Shown: positions 12,782-25,774, counted from the first letter of the whole stretch. The stretch: DNA of 63,853 bases, filler included, from Collodictyon triciliatum (GCA_043381765.1; 11 parts of 11 records of this genome joined end to end with filler, not necessarily neighbours in it); one strand, 5' to 3'. Notes: a model not told the origin generated them from the letters alone. Made by a program: numbers and translations.

Positions 12782-12902
12782 CATACAGCATACAGCATAC
12801 AGCATACAGCATACAGCATACAGCATACAGCATACAGCATACAGCATACAGCATACAGCATACAGCATACAGCATACAGCATACAGCATACAGCATACAG
12901 CA
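12782..12902. repeat. (CATACAG)n heptamer satellite running into a gap
   Basis: Perfect tandem 7-mers. Confidence 0.95.
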
Positions 12903-14646
12903 NNNNNNNNNNNNNNNNNNNNNNNNNNNNNNNNNNNNNNNNNNNNNNNNNNNNNNNNNNNNNNNNNNNNNNNNNNNNNNNNNNNNNNNNNNNNNNNNNN
13001 NNNNNNNNNNNNNNNNNNNNNNNNNNNNNNNNNNNNNNNNNNNNNNNNNNNNNNNNNNNNNNNNNNNNNNNNNNNNNNNNNNNNNNNNNNNNNNNNNNNN
13101 NNNNNNNNNNNNNNNNNNNNNNNNNNNNNNNNNNNNNNNNNNNNNNNNNNNNNNNNNNNNNNNNNNNNNNNNNNNNNNNNNNNNNNNNNNNNNNNNNNNN
13201 NNNNNNNNNNNNNNNNNNNNNNNNNNNNNNNNNNNNNNNNNNNNNNNNNNNNNNNNNNNNNNNNNNNNNNNNNNNNNNNNNNNNNNNNNNNNNNNNNNNN
13301 NNNNNNNNNNNNNNNNNNNNNNNNNNNNNNNNNNNNNNNNNNNNNNNNNNNNNNNNNNNNNNNNNNNNNNNNNNNNNNNNNNNNNNNNNNNNNNNNNNNN
13401 NNNNNNNNNNNNNNNNNNNNNNNNNNNNNNNNNNNNNNNNNNNNNNNNNNNNNNNNNNNNNNNNNNNNNNNNNNNNNNNNNNNNNNNNNNNNNNNNNNNN
13501 NNNNNNNNNNNNNNNNNNNNNNNNNNNNNNNNNNNNNNNNNNNNNNNNNNNNNNNNNNNNNNNNNNNNNNNNNNNNNNNNNNNNNNNNNNNNNNNNNNNN
13601 NNNNNNNNNNNNNNNNNNNNNNNNNNNNNNNNNNNNNNNNNTTGTTTTTTGTTTTTTGTTTTTTGTTTTTTGTTTTTTGTTTTTTGTTTTTTGTTTTTTG
13701 TTTTTTGTTTTTTGTTTTTTGTTTTTTGTTTTTTGTTTTTTGTTGATCAGCTACTATTTAGTTTGTTAGAAGAGGTTGTCAACAAAAAGCTTGTTATCCC
13801 CACTTTCCATATTTTTTTCCCTTTTTCTTTATTCATTGCCCTTTTTCAAGACACTGATGAGGCGGTCATTGTTGCTGTGAACATAGAATGAGTGCAAGCG
13901 TCCGCAGCTGGGCGATAAAAATAAAACCGAATCTTGAATTGATAAGTGGTCTCTGTAAAGTGTGGCTGTTGTCGCAGTATTTGGATGAGATATGTGCCCA
14001 GAGAACTCGTGACATGCGTTGAGGAAGTTTAAAAACAGTATTCGTTCTTAGTTATTGTCGTTTTGAAATAAAATCTAGCAAGAAATACACAAACTGAGGT
14101 ATATGAATGCTTCAGAAGGACAGTATCTTTAAATAGGATTAATAGAAAGGATAAATACAATGTTTTCCAAAAGTGTATATGCTCTGGTCAAACCAAACAA
14201 CCACATAATGAACTAATATTTTTCGCTGTTTCTGATGCAGCTCGAATCACTGGAATCAAACAGACTGCGTTCCAGGATAAAACTAGCAGAATGCAAGAGT
14301 GTGCAACAGGAGGTCTCTGACCAAGTCATACATGTACTTAAGACTGGGCCAAAATCACGCAAACAAGAACAGCCATGGAACGGAAGGATGTCAGCGACGC
14401 TCGTGTAGAGTGTTGAAACCTTCGTGGTGAGAAAAATGCTTGTAGACGAATGTGGAATCAGAGAGACAATAAAAGCTAATTTGGCGACATTCATGATTCA
14501 ACAGCAGCACTGGGCTGGATTATACATGATACAAAAGAAAGAGATTAAAATCTTTTATAGATATTTAACACAATAGCCTTAGCTGTTGGTGTCTGTGCCG
14601 ACAATTTTTCCAACGCCCAAGCAAATTTTCAAGATAATAGAGGTTT

Positions 14647-14747
14647 TCTCCGCCACCCGGCCACCAAGTAGCGCCCATGCAAACGATGGCTCGCGACCCA
14701 AAGCCAACATCTCCACCATCCTTCACAAAATTGAAAGGAAGAATAAA
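14647..14747 (+). mobile_element. ~100-bp 5'-truncated LINE 3' end (copy B) with perfect 16-bp TSD
   Basis: Same 3' sequence as copies A, C and D, ending GAAGAATAAAAA. Flanked by AAGATAATAGAGGTTT at 14631-14646 and 14748-14763. Confidence 0.9.
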
Positions 14748-15299
14748 AAGATAATAGAGGTTTAGTGATAAATGTGCCATCGGGGATAAAGGAAGAAGAA
14801 AGGAAGGAAAAAAGTAAGGTGTGAACAAGATGGTTAGGAGGTAGATAACCTGAGGCTTGATAAGAGGCACGGAGTTCCTTTTGCGATGAAACTTGTAGGA
14901 AAATCCTTAAAAGATGAGATATGTTCATGCTTGATTAGATTAAGAGACGAGTAGGATGGGAATACTGCTTTGGTGGCGCGATGAGTAGAAAGAGAGGCAA
15001 GCAAGAGTTTGAATCGAGTTAGGATGGCACTGGGTCGAGTACAAAGAGATTTTTACAAGCCTGATATCAATATGGTTGCCATTTTCGATGAGATTCGCCA
15101 AAATGATGAGTTTGTGAGATTCAATAATGAGTAAGCGCATCAATATCATTATATCCTCCCATGCATATTATGAAACAACGCATTTAAAGAGAAATGGAAT
15201 AACCAATATGTCTTCTTTGCAGAGGTGCAGGTAAATAGTTGTTTTATTTATTTATTTTTGGAGTATTTTTTTATTTTTAGGAGGTTTTTCCACACGATA

Positions 15300-16391
15300 C
15301 TTAGAAGATTACTCAAGGATGCTCTCACACAATTGGATTGTGTATGTTTCCATACATTTGACCTTTCAACAATTTCTCAACAATTTCATTCCAGAAGTTT
15401 ATAAAATAGAGGTCAGGGAAGTGTTTCCAGTATTTTTGGAATAAGTTTAAACCTCTTAAAGAGGAGTTCCATTCTCTGTCGGCAGAAGGGACCCATCATT
15501 TTAACTGCTTGTTTAATTCTTTTCATTCCAGATGATTGGTCTCTTTCTACTCAGAAAAGGAGTCTTCAGCACCGCCCAGAAAATCTTTTGCCACGGGCCG
15601 TCTGGGAGTGCGAAGAGGTCATTCACCCATTTATTCCATGCTATTTGCGAGGCATCGTTGAGGTTTCTTACTCCTATTCCTGCGTTTTCTGGTATTTGAG
15701 TGAAGCACTGCCATCTGTTTTTGATGTTTTATGTAGGAAGCCACTCTTTCATCTTTAGGTCTATGCTTTGAATCCATCCTTCAGGGACTTCCGCCCCAGT
15801 CACTGAATACAAAGCCTTGGGAAGAATAAAGGTGTTCTAAAACTACTTTTTTTCAGCTGCTGTCAGGCCATGTTTAATTACAGACATTGATAGCCTCTCA
15901 ACGCTCACACTGAGATTGTCTCAATTGGCCTTTATTTTGTGAGGATCAGTAAAAAAGTGGATGCCAAGGTACTTAATGGGTTTGTTTGATGATTTCCATG
16001 GAACCATAGGTGAGAAGGTATCTGTATTCTCCTTCGAGAAGACAACACCTTTGGATTTGGCAAAGGTTGTTCGACTTCCGGTAGCTTTGTTGAAACGTGA
16101 CACTGCTTCAATCGCTCTTTGTGCGTCCTCTTGGTCTTCCAGGAAAATCATAGTGTCATCTGCGTATTGAGCTATTTGGATGTGAGTTGTGGGATTGAGA
16201 TGCATTCCTCTGGTTGTTTTTTTAACTGCCTTTGTTAGTATATCAGCTATGAAATTGTATATTATTGGGGCACACGGAAACCCATGAAACATAATTCGAG
16301 TCATAACTAAAGGTTTGGTGAATCCGTGGTTGACAATAACTCGAATTGGGGCATCCGTATGATTTTTGGATAAGGTTGATGATGTTATCCG
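15300..16391 (-). pseudogene. Degenerate L1/Tx1-type LINE ORF2 (RT C-terminal part and downstream region)
   Basis: YADD and KYLGI, then NTFILPKALY and RWQCFTQIPENAGIGVRNL (the L1 'GGLGL' motif), interrupted by stops and frameshifts. The 3' boundary is approximate. Confidence 0.85.
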
Positions 16392-16491
16392 NNNNNNNNN
16401 NNNNNNNNNNNNNNNNNNNNNNNNNNNNNNNNNNNTTAATTAATTAANNNNNNNNNNNNNNNNNNNNNNNNNNNNNNNNNNNNNNNNNNNN

Positions 16492-17700
16492 TTGTTCGAC
16501 TTCCGGTAGCTTTGTTGAAACGTGACACTGCTTCAATCGCTCTTTGTGCGTCCTCTTGGTCTTCCAGGAAAATCATAGTGTCGTCTGCGTATTGAGCTAT
16601 TTGGATGTGCGTTGTGGGATTGAGATGCATTCCTCTGGTTGTTGTTTTAACTGCCTTCGCCAGTATATCAGCTATGAAGTTGTATATTATTGGGGCACAC
16701 GGACACCCTTGGAACACACCTCGAGTCCTAACTAAAGGTTTGGTGAAACCGTGGTTGACAATAACTCGAAGTGGGGCGTCCTCGTATGATTTTTGGATAA
16801 GGTTGATGATGTTATCCGGAGCTCCTCTCGCTTTGAGTACCTTAATCATTACTTCGTGCTCCACTCGGTCGTAGGCTTTCTCTTGGTCTAGGAGGAGAAA
16901 CGCCCCTTTCAAACCGAGTTTTGTATCAAGATTATATATGGCTTGGAGGGAGTAAATATGGTCTGTTATTTGACGTTGCGGCATAAAGCCTATCTGTTCA
17001 ATTTCTATTGTCTTCTTTGCAATGGGGACTAGGCGGTCTTTGATACAGCTGGCAATTACCTTGTAGTCAATATTGGATATTGTGATGGGTCTCCAGTTTT
17101 TTAGTTCCTTGATATCACCTGACTTTGGGATGAGTCGGATGTTTGCTTCCGCAAAATTCTTGGGAAGTCTTTCTCCTCCAGCTGCTTCCTGTAGGACATT
17201 GGTGAGGAGGAGGGATATGTGTTCCTTGAAAAAGTCATAGAAAGTTGCGCATAGTCCGTCGGGTCCTGGGCTCTTATTTTTTGGCATCCTCGATATGACT
17301 TCTGCTACTTCAGGTTCGGTGAATTCTGCAGCAGCTTTGTTACTTGCTTGTTGGTCGCAGGGCTCACCGTATCTCAGGAGTTCATCCAGTATTATGGGAT
17401 TGTATTCGCCTCTAGTCCATAGGCTTGAGTAGAATTTGTGTATTTCATCTTCTATGCCCGCTTGAGTTGTAATTGAGCCCTTCTCGGTTACAATGCATGG
17501 TATCTCAGAGCACATGTTTCTCGTTTTTTCTTTAGAGAGGAAGTTTTTGTGATTTGTTTCGTGAGTTTCTCTCCATAGTAATTTGGTCTTGTATGATTGT
17601 AGAAATATTCTTGCCTCTGTTCTTCTGTTCAGCTCTGTTCGGATTACTTGAAGTCGGGTTTCGAGCTCAAGGTTTCTTCGTCTTTTAAGAGCTGCATGAA
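16492..17700 (-). mobile_element. L1/Tx1-clade non-LTR retrotransposon ORF2 fragment (linker plus reverse transcriptase), frame intact
   Basis: Continuous frame from 17700: LWRETHETNHKNF linker, FYSSLW, KSPGPDG, WRPITISNIDYK, QIGF, LDQEKAYDRV, RGVFQGCP, QYADDT. No endonuclease domain is present (5'-truncated). Confidence 0.95.
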
Positions 17701-17990
17701 TTTTTTTATTCTTCCTTTCAATTTTGTACAGGATGGCAGAGATGTTGGCTTTGGTTCGCTAGTCGTCGTTTGCATGGGCACTACTTGGCGGCCGGGTGGC
17801 GGAGAAGTAGTCGGTAATCAGGAATTGAATCCTGCGCTTTGGAATGTAGCCTGGGTCTTGTGCTTGCATGGGAGAGACAAAGCGAGGTTGAATTTCTTTC
17901 TCAGCTTCCTTCCACATGTCTCTTCTCACAGGGTCTGAGTAGTAGAGAACGTGCAGGTGGAGAAGAAAGCTGTTGAGGAAAGAGATTTGT
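17701..17990 (-). mobile_element. LINE 3' end (copy C): presumed ORF2 C-terminus, stop, ~55-nt 3'UTR, AATAAA and A-tail
   Basis: Frame QISFLNSFLLHLHVLYYSDP...DPGYIPKRRIQFLITDYFSATRPPSSAHANDD-TAG. Several synonymous differences from copy A support this frame. Confidence 0.8.
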
Positions 17991-18220
17991 ATAATGTCAT
18001 TCAGCCTATTATCAGGAATGGTGGCTAGCTAAATCTTGATTTTCAACCAAGCTTCCCGCGCCTAATGTAAAACACAAGCCGCGACCCGTCGAGAGCTTCA
18101 CAAGTTGCAGCCAGTTCTTCTGTTCCAACGCTGATGCGGAAAACCCCCGAGTTGCACGTAAGTCTAGGAAGACCCATGCAAGGAAGCCGCCTGCAAATCT
18201 GTCTGACCGAACTTTAATTT

Positions 18221-18870
18221 TTGCATGGGGTCGGGCAAGTCGTTTACAACAACAACAAGAACTTTACCCACAGGCTAACAGATGCGCTCGCTTCCTTCTT
18301 GAAAGCGAACAAACTTTGGGAAGAGTCCATCCAATTGCGCTTATCGGGCAGCGAATGCCTTTGCCTGATTGCCTTCCACATTGCACAAAACGCCCGAAAG
18401 CTTCTAGAGCTGAAGCAGGTAAGTTTGATCGATATTATGAGCAGCTTCAGCAGAAGTAAGCCAACAGAGACTTCGGTGATGCTCCACTAACAACCGCTGG
18501 ACATGTGACCGCAACTCCTTCGTGAGGAGCTGAAGCCGTTCAGACCGGCCCACGTGGAGATCAAAAAGAACAAAGGCTTCTTCACAGACACGGCCGTGGT
18601 GAAGCTTCTTTGCCATAAGAACCAGCTCCCTGCAAAGTTTACGGTCATGTGCAAAAAGTGTCCAAAGCGCATCCTCAAAGAGCGTCCGCCAGCCGCGAAC
18701 AACGAACGACAAGTAAAAGCCCCGCAAAAGAATACACCCGCCAAGCAGACAAGCAGATAACGAGGTCAAGGAAGCCAAGGCCAGGCAACAACAGAGCCCG
18801 CAAGACTCACAGCAGATACGCGCATACAGCGACAGCGACGATGACATGGAAGGAAATCTCAGTTCCTCTT
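18221..18870 (+). pseudogene. Decayed LINE ORF1 (RRM-type gag-like) remnant
   Basis: ORFs 18221 and 18554 share a frame: ...TSVMLH*QPLDM*PQLLREELKPFRPAHVEIKKNKGFFTDTAVVKLL...LPAKFTV. This fits the L1/Tx1 ORF1p RRM pattern with in-frame stops. Confidence 0.55.
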
Positions 18871-19693
18871 CAGAATCCTCGCACTCGAGCAATTCACTGC
18901 CAACACCGTACAAGACCGCATAACTGCTATCCTGTTACTTTGGACACTATCAAAAATATCGTTGGAATTCGCCACTCGAGTAGAATGGTCTGTATGTGTG
19001 AAGGATATCATCTTTTTTTTTTTAAAAAATAATATTTGACCTTTTCTCTGTTGATGTCCAAGAAGAAATAATCAGTGTGAAATTTATCAGGACTCTGCGC
19101 CGTTTCTCTTCAACTCACACAACTTGACGGGCGGCTTTAGATATTTTTTTTATACTGTTCAAGCAGTTTGATAAAAAAATACCTTTAATTATGTAGGTGT
19201 AAGAGGAACCTATGCACTGGTGCCATGGAACCGTCAGAATGTGAAGTTTTCGATGTCACAAAGCGGCTGCTAAATTTTCTGTACAGGACATTGGAGGCAA
19301 ATCACTTATGTTGGCTGCAGCACCCGTTACGTTTCGACAACATACACTGTCTCTCAAATTAGTAATATCAATCTAAAAATATGAATACTCAATCCGTGTG
19401 ATACCTATTTCCTTCATATATTTTGTGCTTGTTTCAAAAAGCTTCCAAATCGAAATGAAGCAATAACAGAAATGCTAAAAAAGGGATTATTTGGGAGCAT
19501 TCTGCAGCACCCGTTACATTTCGATTATTGAAAGAAAAGCATGGACATCAAGTAAGAAAGCAGGGCTCTATTAATATGAAAAGCTCATGATGAAAGTATG
19601 CAAAATATGTCAATACTATATCCATTTAGTACGGCGCATGTACTTTTGATTAAAATAAGAGGATTTTAATACATAAATGAATTTATGCATATT

Positions 19694-19798
19694 AGGGCTT
19701 ACGATGCAACGCCAAGCACTCAAGTTCAACATCGTTCACGAACCAAAGCCAACATCCCCACGGTCCTGCACAAAATTGAAAGGAATAAGAATAAAAAA
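19694..19798 (+). mobile_element. Old 5'-truncated LINE 3' end (copy D)
   Basis: CGAACCAAAGCCAACATCCCCACGGTCCTGCACAAAATTGAAAGGAATAAGAATAAAAAA. Decayed TSD TTTATGCATATT upstream and TTTCTGCATATT downstream. Confidence 0.75.
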
Positions 19799-22700
19799 GA
19801 CGTTTCTGCATATTCACAGAATCTAATATTTATATTCATGCACAGAACTGTTGTATGTAGAGACATCCTGCCGTTTGAGAAATGATTCATCATTCGCTTT
19901 GGTATGTCGAGATTTCACTAGTTTACTTTTTGACCTTTCATACCATAAAATACCATGTTTATTTCTTGTTATCATTATGCAGCGCACACTTTTTTGGAGA
20001 GGTTACTGAAATCGATGCCTTTTATTTTATTTTGACCACCTATTTTTAAAATGATGCTAATTCAACTAGAGATGCTTGTATTCTGCTGTGCCACTTTGAT
20101 GAGAAAACGACATGATTGAATTTTTTTGATGAGCCTACACAAGTTAGTAAATTCAAGTATTTTTGATAACGAAGCGATAATTTCAGACTAGATTTATTTT
20201 AGAATATCATTAATTCAATTTTGAACATTTATAATCTTTATATGGAGGCGAATAGACAATATGGTTATGTAATCATATATAAGTCGATATTGTTAACGTA
20301 AGGTCTGATAATTATTATTTCAACGCAGCAACCTTTTTTATTTATCATTCCGATGTCTTATTTTTGCATTTTTTATTCATATAGGAATGACTAAATTCAT
20401 GCCTCTTGACGGACTGCTGCTGAAGTAAACGAAAGTGACAGAGGTTTTTTTTTATTCTAGATATGTATTTTTTTTTACTTCACACATGGAAGTCGATTCA
20501 TACAGGGACGATATGAATTTAGTCGGCTTTAATGATTACTTCAGTTTATTCTTGTCCAATTTCAATAACTTTAAATGACTATAGCCACTGCGCAACTAAA
20601 TTACTTGCATTCTAAAAAAAATTGTTATAAAATGTTGTATTCATGATTATGCCTACATTAATGAGAAAACTTAATATTTGTTTATACCACGCAGGAACCA
20701 GTTGGAGGCCTTTGAATACACAATATGGCCGAAAGTAGATGAATTTGTTTGCTCATGAAGTCGCGTATCTCATGGTCTATTACGTTACCTGAAATAAAAG
20801 ATTATTTTAAACAAATGCTTTTATTTTACCTCATTTTCTTTTACGTGATTAAAATAAAATATTTATAAATTTATGTCAGTTTCATGCCCCATCGCTAATC
20901 TGGGTAATATCAGAATAGCTCAATACAGCACATTTTTTTATCATTTTTTAAATTTGATTCAATCGAAAAATTTGTTAAGCAAAAATAGGTGTTTATTTAT
21001 CAGTATCCTAAGAATCTCGATATTTATCTTTCAATTTATCTTGAATTTCCAATGCATTTGTCTTGTCTAATGACGAATCAGAATTAACACATGAATGAAC
21101 AATTTTAGTGATACTTCGGTTTATAAGAACTAACCAGCTGATTAGAGAAAAGAGATTTTATATGGAAGTTTCAGTTACCAACCAACAATGATAAATAATT
21201 TTTTGAGGAGTTATCTATACCAATAGTATTAATTAAGTCATATTTTAATTATTTCCATCCTAAAAAATGACATAGAAATCATCTTTTGTACCTGATTTTC
21301 GCTAATTTTTCACCCGCTTTGAATCCTGTGTAGTTCATCATAAAAGGACACGAGACAAAACAACCAAGGGAATGGAAACTGTTCGGTCTGCTGCTACTAC
21401 CGAGGAGGGAGCGGTGGTTGGATGATGGCACCCAGTTTTTCCGGATTTATAAGGGAATGGTCTAAATAACTGTTTGTGGGGTGTGGGGATGACTTGTTGT
21501 GTGAGAAAAAGCAAGTCTCAACGTTGTCCATAAATTTCATAAAAATAATAATAATAAAGCGTTTCAATATATATTTGATGTGTTAAATAGAACGCGACGG
21601 AGCAGGTATGTTATCACAAAATCATATTCCATAGATTTTTATAAATTACTATTTTCATGTAGATTTATACGATTTGTATTATTCAAAGAAATCAATATGT
21701 CAATTATTCCAAAAAATACAGTTGTGTTTCTTCAGTGCAATTATATTTTGCTTTTCATAACCAATCAAAGCATGTTACACCAGCGATGCCCATGCCTGCA
21801 AATTTCAGAACTTGTCTTTTCTATTCTATTAAAAATACTATGTGAAAGATGAATTTTAATTTTGCAATTACTCTAATTTGCCAGCTGAGTCTATTTATTA
21901 TGAAGCTGATAGGAGTCCTTGCCGAGCTGATGGACACGTTTACCACGAAAGGAGTATTGTATTCTATGCATATTTCATTATTATATTATCCTTATTACTC
22001 CAGAGCAACTATCTGCTCGAAACCCTTCTTGCCTCAGTTCGCTGCCTGTGATACCACCCCTTCCCTTGACTCAACTGGGAATGCACTCTCGGCAACAGGT
22101 AATTCTCACCCACACAAATCGTTGCCCCGCTTCGGCTGCCTTTTCGTTGGTGCATGGTAAGGAGCATGAATTAATTTATATCCAAATGAATATAAATGCA
22201 TCTATTAGATGTTTACTGAAGCTCTTGTAACTGATTATATTGCTTTTTTATGTATTTTTCTTGGACATGATAAAACCATGGAGAACGGAAGCGCAAGCTT
22301 GAAGCAAACACAACCAAGCACAAGAACGCAGCCGTCCGCTCGACCAAAGCTTCCCAGCCACAGCTGTTCACTAGTAAAAGAGCACTGGGAAGCACATATG
22401 CATATTCGGCTGCCACATCCGCCTTCGAGGTAAGCACAAATGCCCAGAACTACCACGCCCACATACATGTAAGGAAATAAGGAGCCCAAGTTGTGAAAGA
22501 CATTGAGTGGCTCATTTAGAAGACTATGAACCAGCTATTCGATTAACTTCAAAAATGAACATCATACTTTCCAAAAGAAATAAACGCGGGGAGAGAGAGT
22601 AAGTTAATACTTATCCGTTCTTTTTTTTCCGCCGATACAAAGAGAGGTCAGCTTTTTGCTACCCATCATTCGTGGCATTTCTCNNNNNNNNNNNNNNNNN

Positions 22701-23030
22701 NNNNNNNNNNNNNNNNNNNNNNNNNNNTTAATTAATTAANNNNNNNNNNNNNNNNNNNNNNNNNNNNNNNNNNNNNNNNNNNNAAAAACAAAAAAACAAA
22801 AAAGCAAAAAAACAAAAAAACAAAAAAGCAAAAAAACAAAAAAACAAAAAAACAAAAAAACAAAAAAACAAAAAAACAAAAAAACAAAAAAACAAAAAAA
22901 CAAAAAAACAAAAAAACAAAAAAAATAAAATCATGATAAATACAATCAATATCAATTATATTCACAAAAAGCAAGTATAGTTATCACATCCTACTCTATG
23001 ACATCTTAGAACCAATTTGCGCCGTATCGA

Positions 23031-25514
23031 ATGCAAGGGGGGCAGTTGAATACCTCCCATGAAGATAACACACCACACGAGCGGTTCGGTCCGGGTCGTC
23101 TTCGTATCAACCGGTTTACTGCACGCTTCTATGATAAGCATGTAGAGCGACTCTTTGGCAACTTTTCATACACTGGACGTCTGCGGTCATTGAGACTGGG
23201 TTCCTCTATATTCTCGAGTTCTGTTTCGCTATACTTTGCAGCTGAGATAATCCTGAACGGCCGCATCCCGGTCATGGTGGCTGAGGCTGTGCAGCTTTGC
23301 GGTATTATTGCTATCTTCCTTTACACAGCCAGAGAACACCGCTTGCTTCACCAATCAGCTGCTGCGACAGATGAAGATGCATACAAGAGAGCCTGGAACC
23401 GTGCCTCAGCAGATACAGCGAATCGCAACATGGATGTCATAGCAATATATAGCTGCATTTGGGGGTGGCTTACTCTAATCACACTGCGCTTCTTTCAAGA
23501 TGATTGGGAGGAGATGCCAGTGGCTGTGGTCATCTTCGCTTGGGGTGTTCCAGTGGTCTCACGTGCACCATTCCTACCGGCCCTGCTCGTTCATTTCACA
23601 GGCATACTCGTGTATGATTGAGTTGATAAGGGATAAAATCATGTGTATCACCCATCGTTACCTTGATGATACCTTCTTTTTCTTCACCCATACATCTGAT
23701 TACAATTAGAATCGTGACTTTATTTGGATACACTTCTGAACTTTACAAATCACATGTTCTTCAAAATAGGTTTGTTGTTTCCTGTTCATTTCAAATACCG
23801 CCCACACAATTAGCAGCACAAATAAGTTCCATCATATCTGCTTCATTGAGTGGCATTTTTTTGTCCTACACATCGTCAATATACCGCCGTTCACAGTTGC
23901 GCACAATCCTGTGGTATTACGGAGGTATATCGCATAATCCGCATGTACTTGCCCTTATTTCTGTCATGCAATTCCAAAATACATTACAGAGTGAAGCATT
24001 TGATGTTTTGGATTATACCTATAATACCTCCATATGTCATCTTTTACAATTTTAAGTTCGAAATAAATATGAAACATCATATTGCAAATAGCTACACCAC
24101 CTGGTACATCAATCCACGAATTTATGAAGGAGGAATCGATACGCCTTCGTTCTTATCTCGACAGGTCCATGAAGCGAGTTCGGTTTCAAGATTTAGATTG
24201 GGAAAAGAGATACATCGACTTTTTTCACAACCGGTAGCTTTACAATTCTATCTTCAAAACTTTGTCACAAAAAATAGGTTGAATTAATCTTAATTTTAAG
24301 AGATACATGATAATGTAAACATTCCACACCTTTTTTTTCATTAATATTTTTCTACAAACGATATAAACAAAATGCCTAATAAACAGATCTATAATGTTTG
24401 TACGAATTACTATTCTTGTGGTGATACTATCAAATGGAATTCTTTACATTCCTGATGTTCAGTTATCAAAGGTTTGCGCAGTTTTTTTTTCAAATTTGTG
24501 TGCATGAACCATAAATAACGCCAGAGTACCCGGATAATTCTTTTATATCAACGAACATGTATGACCGAATGAAATTGTTTTCTCATCGAACCAATCAAAT
24601 AGGAGGACAAAAATTCCACATTTTATATTCGCACGTACGGGGCTTTTCCGTTGTGGATCCTTTGTTTCATCCTATCCTTTCCGGAGTGGTTCAAAGGGTA
24701 TCGTATATGGAGCATTACAATTTGCTCTCTTATAGGCATTAGTCTAGAGTTTATAGTTATTTCGCAACTTCCGGCGGATCAAATTGATGCATATTTTATG
24801 ATGATGTGGCGTATTATTGATGTCACATGCACCTCTTTTTGCCTCCCATTTTACATGGTCGCGATTGTAATTGGTTGGACTTTTATGTGCATCCTTACCA
24901 TGCTGGCTGTCGGAAACGAGTTTTTTCTTAGTTTTTTTAACATGATTCTGTACTTTTGTTCCCTAGCGATTGGACTATACATATCATTATTGTCTGAAAC
25001 AGACTCTCGCATGGCATTTCTTCAATTTGCTCATCGACTTCGAAATAGATCTACTGATGGATTCTATACTATTGCAGACTCCAACTTATCCAGGCCTTCG
25101 ATGGTTGCATACGGACAAGATGCAGACGACATCATGGACCAAGTTTATGATAGATTCCAGACCCTTGAATTGCGAGAGAATCAGAGGACCGAAGCGCAAG
25201 ATCAACATTGTGATAGGAAGGAGAGTTACAGTACGTCGTGCGGTGAATCTGTTGTTGTTCCTGTGGGTGACTGCATAAATCCAGATTTCCCGTGCGAGAT
25301 GTCTCCAGCAGAGCCGGAAAGTACCCGGCCGTTCCCAAAAAATTCCGACTTTGAGCCTGTTGCAATTCATCTGGGTGAATCTGAGGAAGAACTCAATCCG
25401 CAGGGGCAGAGTGGCGGGTTTCTCCTCGACGATGTAGACCCAAATGCATCATCCAAGACAATTTCGTCAGATATTCACCTCCACAGCGAAGCCACAAACG
25501 AGCAAATGGAATAA
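23031..25514 (+). CDS. 12-TM membrane protein of two adenylyl-cyclase-type 6TM cassettes, with no catalytic domain (5 exons)
   Basis: Exons 23031-23611, 23770-23924, 24092-24233, 24387-24471, 24603-25514 splice in frame. The cassettes are preceded by RFTARFYDKHVERLF and RVRFQDLDWEKRYIDF, each has six hydrophobic segments, and they end in SSIYRRSQL and SETDSRMAFL. Acidic disordered tail. Confidence 0.75.
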
Positions 25515-25774
25515 AGTGGGCCACCAAACGCACAAACTATTTGTGATAATTCCGCACTTACAAAAAAAAAACAACTAGTTTTTGTTAATCCAAACTACAA
25601 CAATTGTTATTAATTAGTTATGTACAATAATACTCGCCCAATTTGAAAACAAACAAACAAACAAACAAACAAACAAACAAACAAACAAACAAAAACACCC
25701 TAAAATAAATTATATCTTATGACAATCATACATGAATATATGATGGGATATAATTGTTTCTTCTTTTTGGCGAT

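Noticed and set aside
12618-19798. Dispersed repeat read as a CRISPR-like array or small ORF family
   Set aside because: Irregular spacing, both orientations, A-tails and TSDs identify retrotransposon 3' ends.
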